From contig CM060731.1 in the NCBI GenBank assembly GCA_030704615.1, positions 76,570,001-76,634,000 of the forward strand: 64,000 nucleotides of DNA, written 5' to 3'. The DNA comes from Takakia lepidozioides (Eukaryota > Plantae > Bryophyta). Position numbers and translations under genes: made by a program. The notes beneath the pieces are model-generated. The model did no database searches and was not told where the DNA came from. It saw only the letters and a program-made list of their open reading frames with translations. Of this stretch, positions 61,554 to 64,000 are shown piece after piece (within the stretch, counting starts at the first letter, position 1; each line of letters starts with the position of its first letter).

Positions 61554-62737
61554 TTAGTCCAAAGAAAGAACCCTTTGGTTTCTCATGTTGCGCCACACCT
61601 CGAACACTGCCCTCCAATCCATATTCTCCAACTTGATCCCACACAATGACACACGCATCAAAGTGTCCAAAGTATCCAACTTCAAGCAAGACCGCAAATG
61701 GCTTTTGATAGCATTCTGTTTTGAGAAACCCCTCTCACAAATTGCAGTACTTGTAGGAATCACAAGTGTCTTTTGCCAAAGACGCATGAGGTGTGGCCAG
61801 TTAGTGTGCCATTCATTGGTGCCTCCACACAATTGCCACGCCTCAAACAAGGATTTGTTTTCACACTCATGCCTCAAGGTTTCCACAAACTCAAGCATCT
61901 CAGCTCTGCTTGCATCACTTTCAGCCTCTGTTTATCCAAATTTCAAGATCAATCTCTCCAACCATTGCTCGGACATAGAGATACGAGCATCTTCATCACT
62001 TGGATAATACTTTGGACTAAAGAGCTTTGATGCATTGAAGACAAGAAGGTCAGGAAATCTCTCATTCAAGCTATCCACAACCGCTTGCACATACTCAGCT
62101 CTCATTACCTTACATTCTTGCAACGTGTCCTCTCGATCAAAAATCCGTCCATGGTGCATAAGATGCATTGTACCGTCAAGGCCATTGTCTGCCCTCCATC
62201 TTAAGGCACCATCAACCCAAGCTCCAGCCAAGAATGGTCCCAAATGCTTTGTCACTCGTCCAAAGTTGGGACCATGACCACAAAGAAAATGCCTCCTCAA
62301 TATAGAAATGGTTGCATCCAAAGTGCATCCAATCATTGAAATATCAACCATGTCGTATTGAAATTTCCGATTCAACTTATTCAACTCCGCTAAAACATCA
62401 ACCACAAGATGAAGCATGAATTGAAACTGGAAGGTGGTAGCTTGGCGATACCAATAAGCCTCCGTCACTTGAAAAGCGTCCAAAATGGCTGGCATGTAAT
62501 ACAAAATCCGCTCCAACACCTGACCTCGAGAAAGCCATCGGACTGAGTGAAATTGTAGGATAGCTAGTGGCTCCAAATCAAATGATTCCATGAGCCCTTT
62601 GAGTTCTTTCCGTCGGTTACAACTCCTTCCTACCCATTCATACACTTTGTTAGCAAATTGATCCAAGACCTGTAACTCGGGCACTGCCTTCAACGCATCA
62701 CCTGCTGCTAAAGCCTCACGATGGCTATACAATGTGT
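61554..62737 (-). pseudogene. hAT transposase (ZNF862-like), C-terminal part, frameshifted
   Basis: HCIA.RE, VRWLSRG, and dimerisation motif VIPTSTAICERGFSKQNAIKSHLRSCL. Confidence 0.9.
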
Positions 62738-63518
62738 GTTCACCAAAGTAGGAAGAATCAAAGGTAGGATTGGTGATGAGGTACGTACCTCGAGTGTATA
62801 TGGTACCAGGGTGGAGAGTGTATGGAAAAGCCCTCTCACTTGGTGATGATTACTTCCTTAGAGGCTGGACCAACGTACCAGGGAGCTTAGATTAATTATA
62901 CATGAGTGTTCACTATTTAATTCATAGATCACTTGGGAGGCAATGATAACAAATTTAAGAGGATCTTGCCCTGGAGATATTTGCTCAAGTACTAGGTGCT
63001 ACCAACTGTACCAGTGAACCACATTACCTTTGTACCAGCGTACCTTGAGAGGTGGCTTGGAGGCTTGCTTGGAGACTGGCTGGAGTACGCACAAGAGCTC
63101 AAGACCACCGTACCTACAACGTACCAGCGTACCTCAATACCAACGTACCTTGAGAGCTTGCTTTGGAGGCTTACACATAAGAGCTCAAGACCACCGTCAC
63201 TATAACGTACCAGTGTACCTCAATACCAGTATACCTTGAGAGCTTGCTTGGAGGCCTGGAGTAGGCACAAGAGTGAGGGCAACTCGCAGGTTTAGGGCTT
63301 AGGAGGGGCTTGGTGAGGCTACCCTAAGTCCAATAACTATTCATAATTTGTACACAAGGAAGGGCCCTGGTGAGGCAACCCTAAGTCCAATAACTATTCA
63401 TAATTTGTACACAAGGAATGACCTTGGTGAGGCTACCCTAAGTCCAATAATTTTTCACCTTTCAGGCTTTGGGAGACTCTCCTAGTGGTCTTAGTAATAA
63501 AATTACCCCTAATTATCA
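62738..63518. repeat. LTR-like, internally repetitive insert replacing the hAT transposase N-terminus
   Basis: Repeats of GTACCAGCGTACC / TTGAGAGCTTGCTTGGAGGC and 2.5 copies of a ~56-bp unit (GGTGAGGCTACCCTAAGTCCAATAA...). No TSD found. Confidence 0.5.
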
Positions 63519-64000
63519 GAAATTTCTGCCTTTCTTTTGACAGGCTATTTTTTTTTTGACTTTTACTGTGACATGCATTTTTTTTCCCGTTGCCTTTCTT
63601 TTGACAGGCACAATTTTTTTTTGCCTGTCAAATGTCTTGTGACAGGTGCAAAAATCAGCCTTGCCTGCAATCTATGTCCCCTCCCCACTCTGCATCGCAC
63701 GAGCCAGAAACAATTATTTCGGGTTGTGATCCGGAGTATTGAAGCCAAAAGTCTTTTATACCTTGGAAGTACCTGAAGATTCTTTTAACAGCTTTCCAAT
63801 GAATAGCTCGTGGTACTTTAGTGAACTTGCTCACAACTCCAATTGCTGTAGATATGTCAGGTCGAGTGGCGATCATGGCATACATGAGGTTACCTATAGC
63901 TTCACTATAAGGCACTCCATTCATATCATCAGCCTCTTCTACTGTCATGGGCTCGTCAACCTTGGAAAGCTTGCAATTGATACCGAGTTGGGGCGTGCTT

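Larger units (their letters stand above)
61361..63663 (-). mobile_element. hAT transposon nested in copia RT/RNase H
   Basis: 8-bp TSD CATGCAAT (61353-61360) / CCTGCAAT (63664-63671). Ends CAGTGTTGTTTTT and, reverse complement, CAAGGCTGATTTTT. Subterminal TGACAG repeats. Confidence 0.85.
60552..64000 (-). mobile_element. Ty1/copia element (RT, RNase H, 3' LTR ~60552-60910), extends beyond the window
   Basis: PYSEAIGNLMYAMIATRPDI, GSCDAEWGGDID, AVSWSSKRQPTVALSKTEVEY, VDNQG..NPVHYNKSKHIDIRHHYVRE. LTR with TG..CA ends next to a purine tract. Confidence 0.88.

Overview
Eukaryotic nuclear DNA, most likely from a non-seed land plant (bryophyte/lycophyte-like; inferred from gene content and GT-AG introns). 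Three zones. (1) 1-11 kb: nested transposon debris. A Ty1/copia LTR element contains a Tourist-like MITE, a non-autonomous Mutator-like element (MULE) with a 9-bp TSD and a complete 3.65-kb pogo element; a Harbinger transposase pseudogene follows. (2) 13.5-31 kb: five host genes (BPS1/DUF793-like, At2g23090-like zinc finger, RbcX, DCN1-like, HMG-CoA lyase). (3) 32-64 kb: a transposon block, of which 33-54 kb is the most unusual part. A large MULE-like element with degenerate ends (terminus about 53964) carries an 8-exon, ~950-codon gene fusing a ParB/Srx-like domain to a beta-class amino (N4C/N6A) DNA methyltransferase. Intron 1 of that gene is a 23-copy array of 36-bp palindromes. A second large element abuts it, with a paralogous ParB gene whose MTase-like tail looks degenerate, a protein kinase, and three other palindrome/repeat systems. 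These cargo genes carry stops or frameshifts in this copy. The right end holds a chromoviral gypsy 3' half, a MITE, a ~200-bp satellite and a hAT nested in a copia. All family assignments come from reading motifs by eye; no searches were run.
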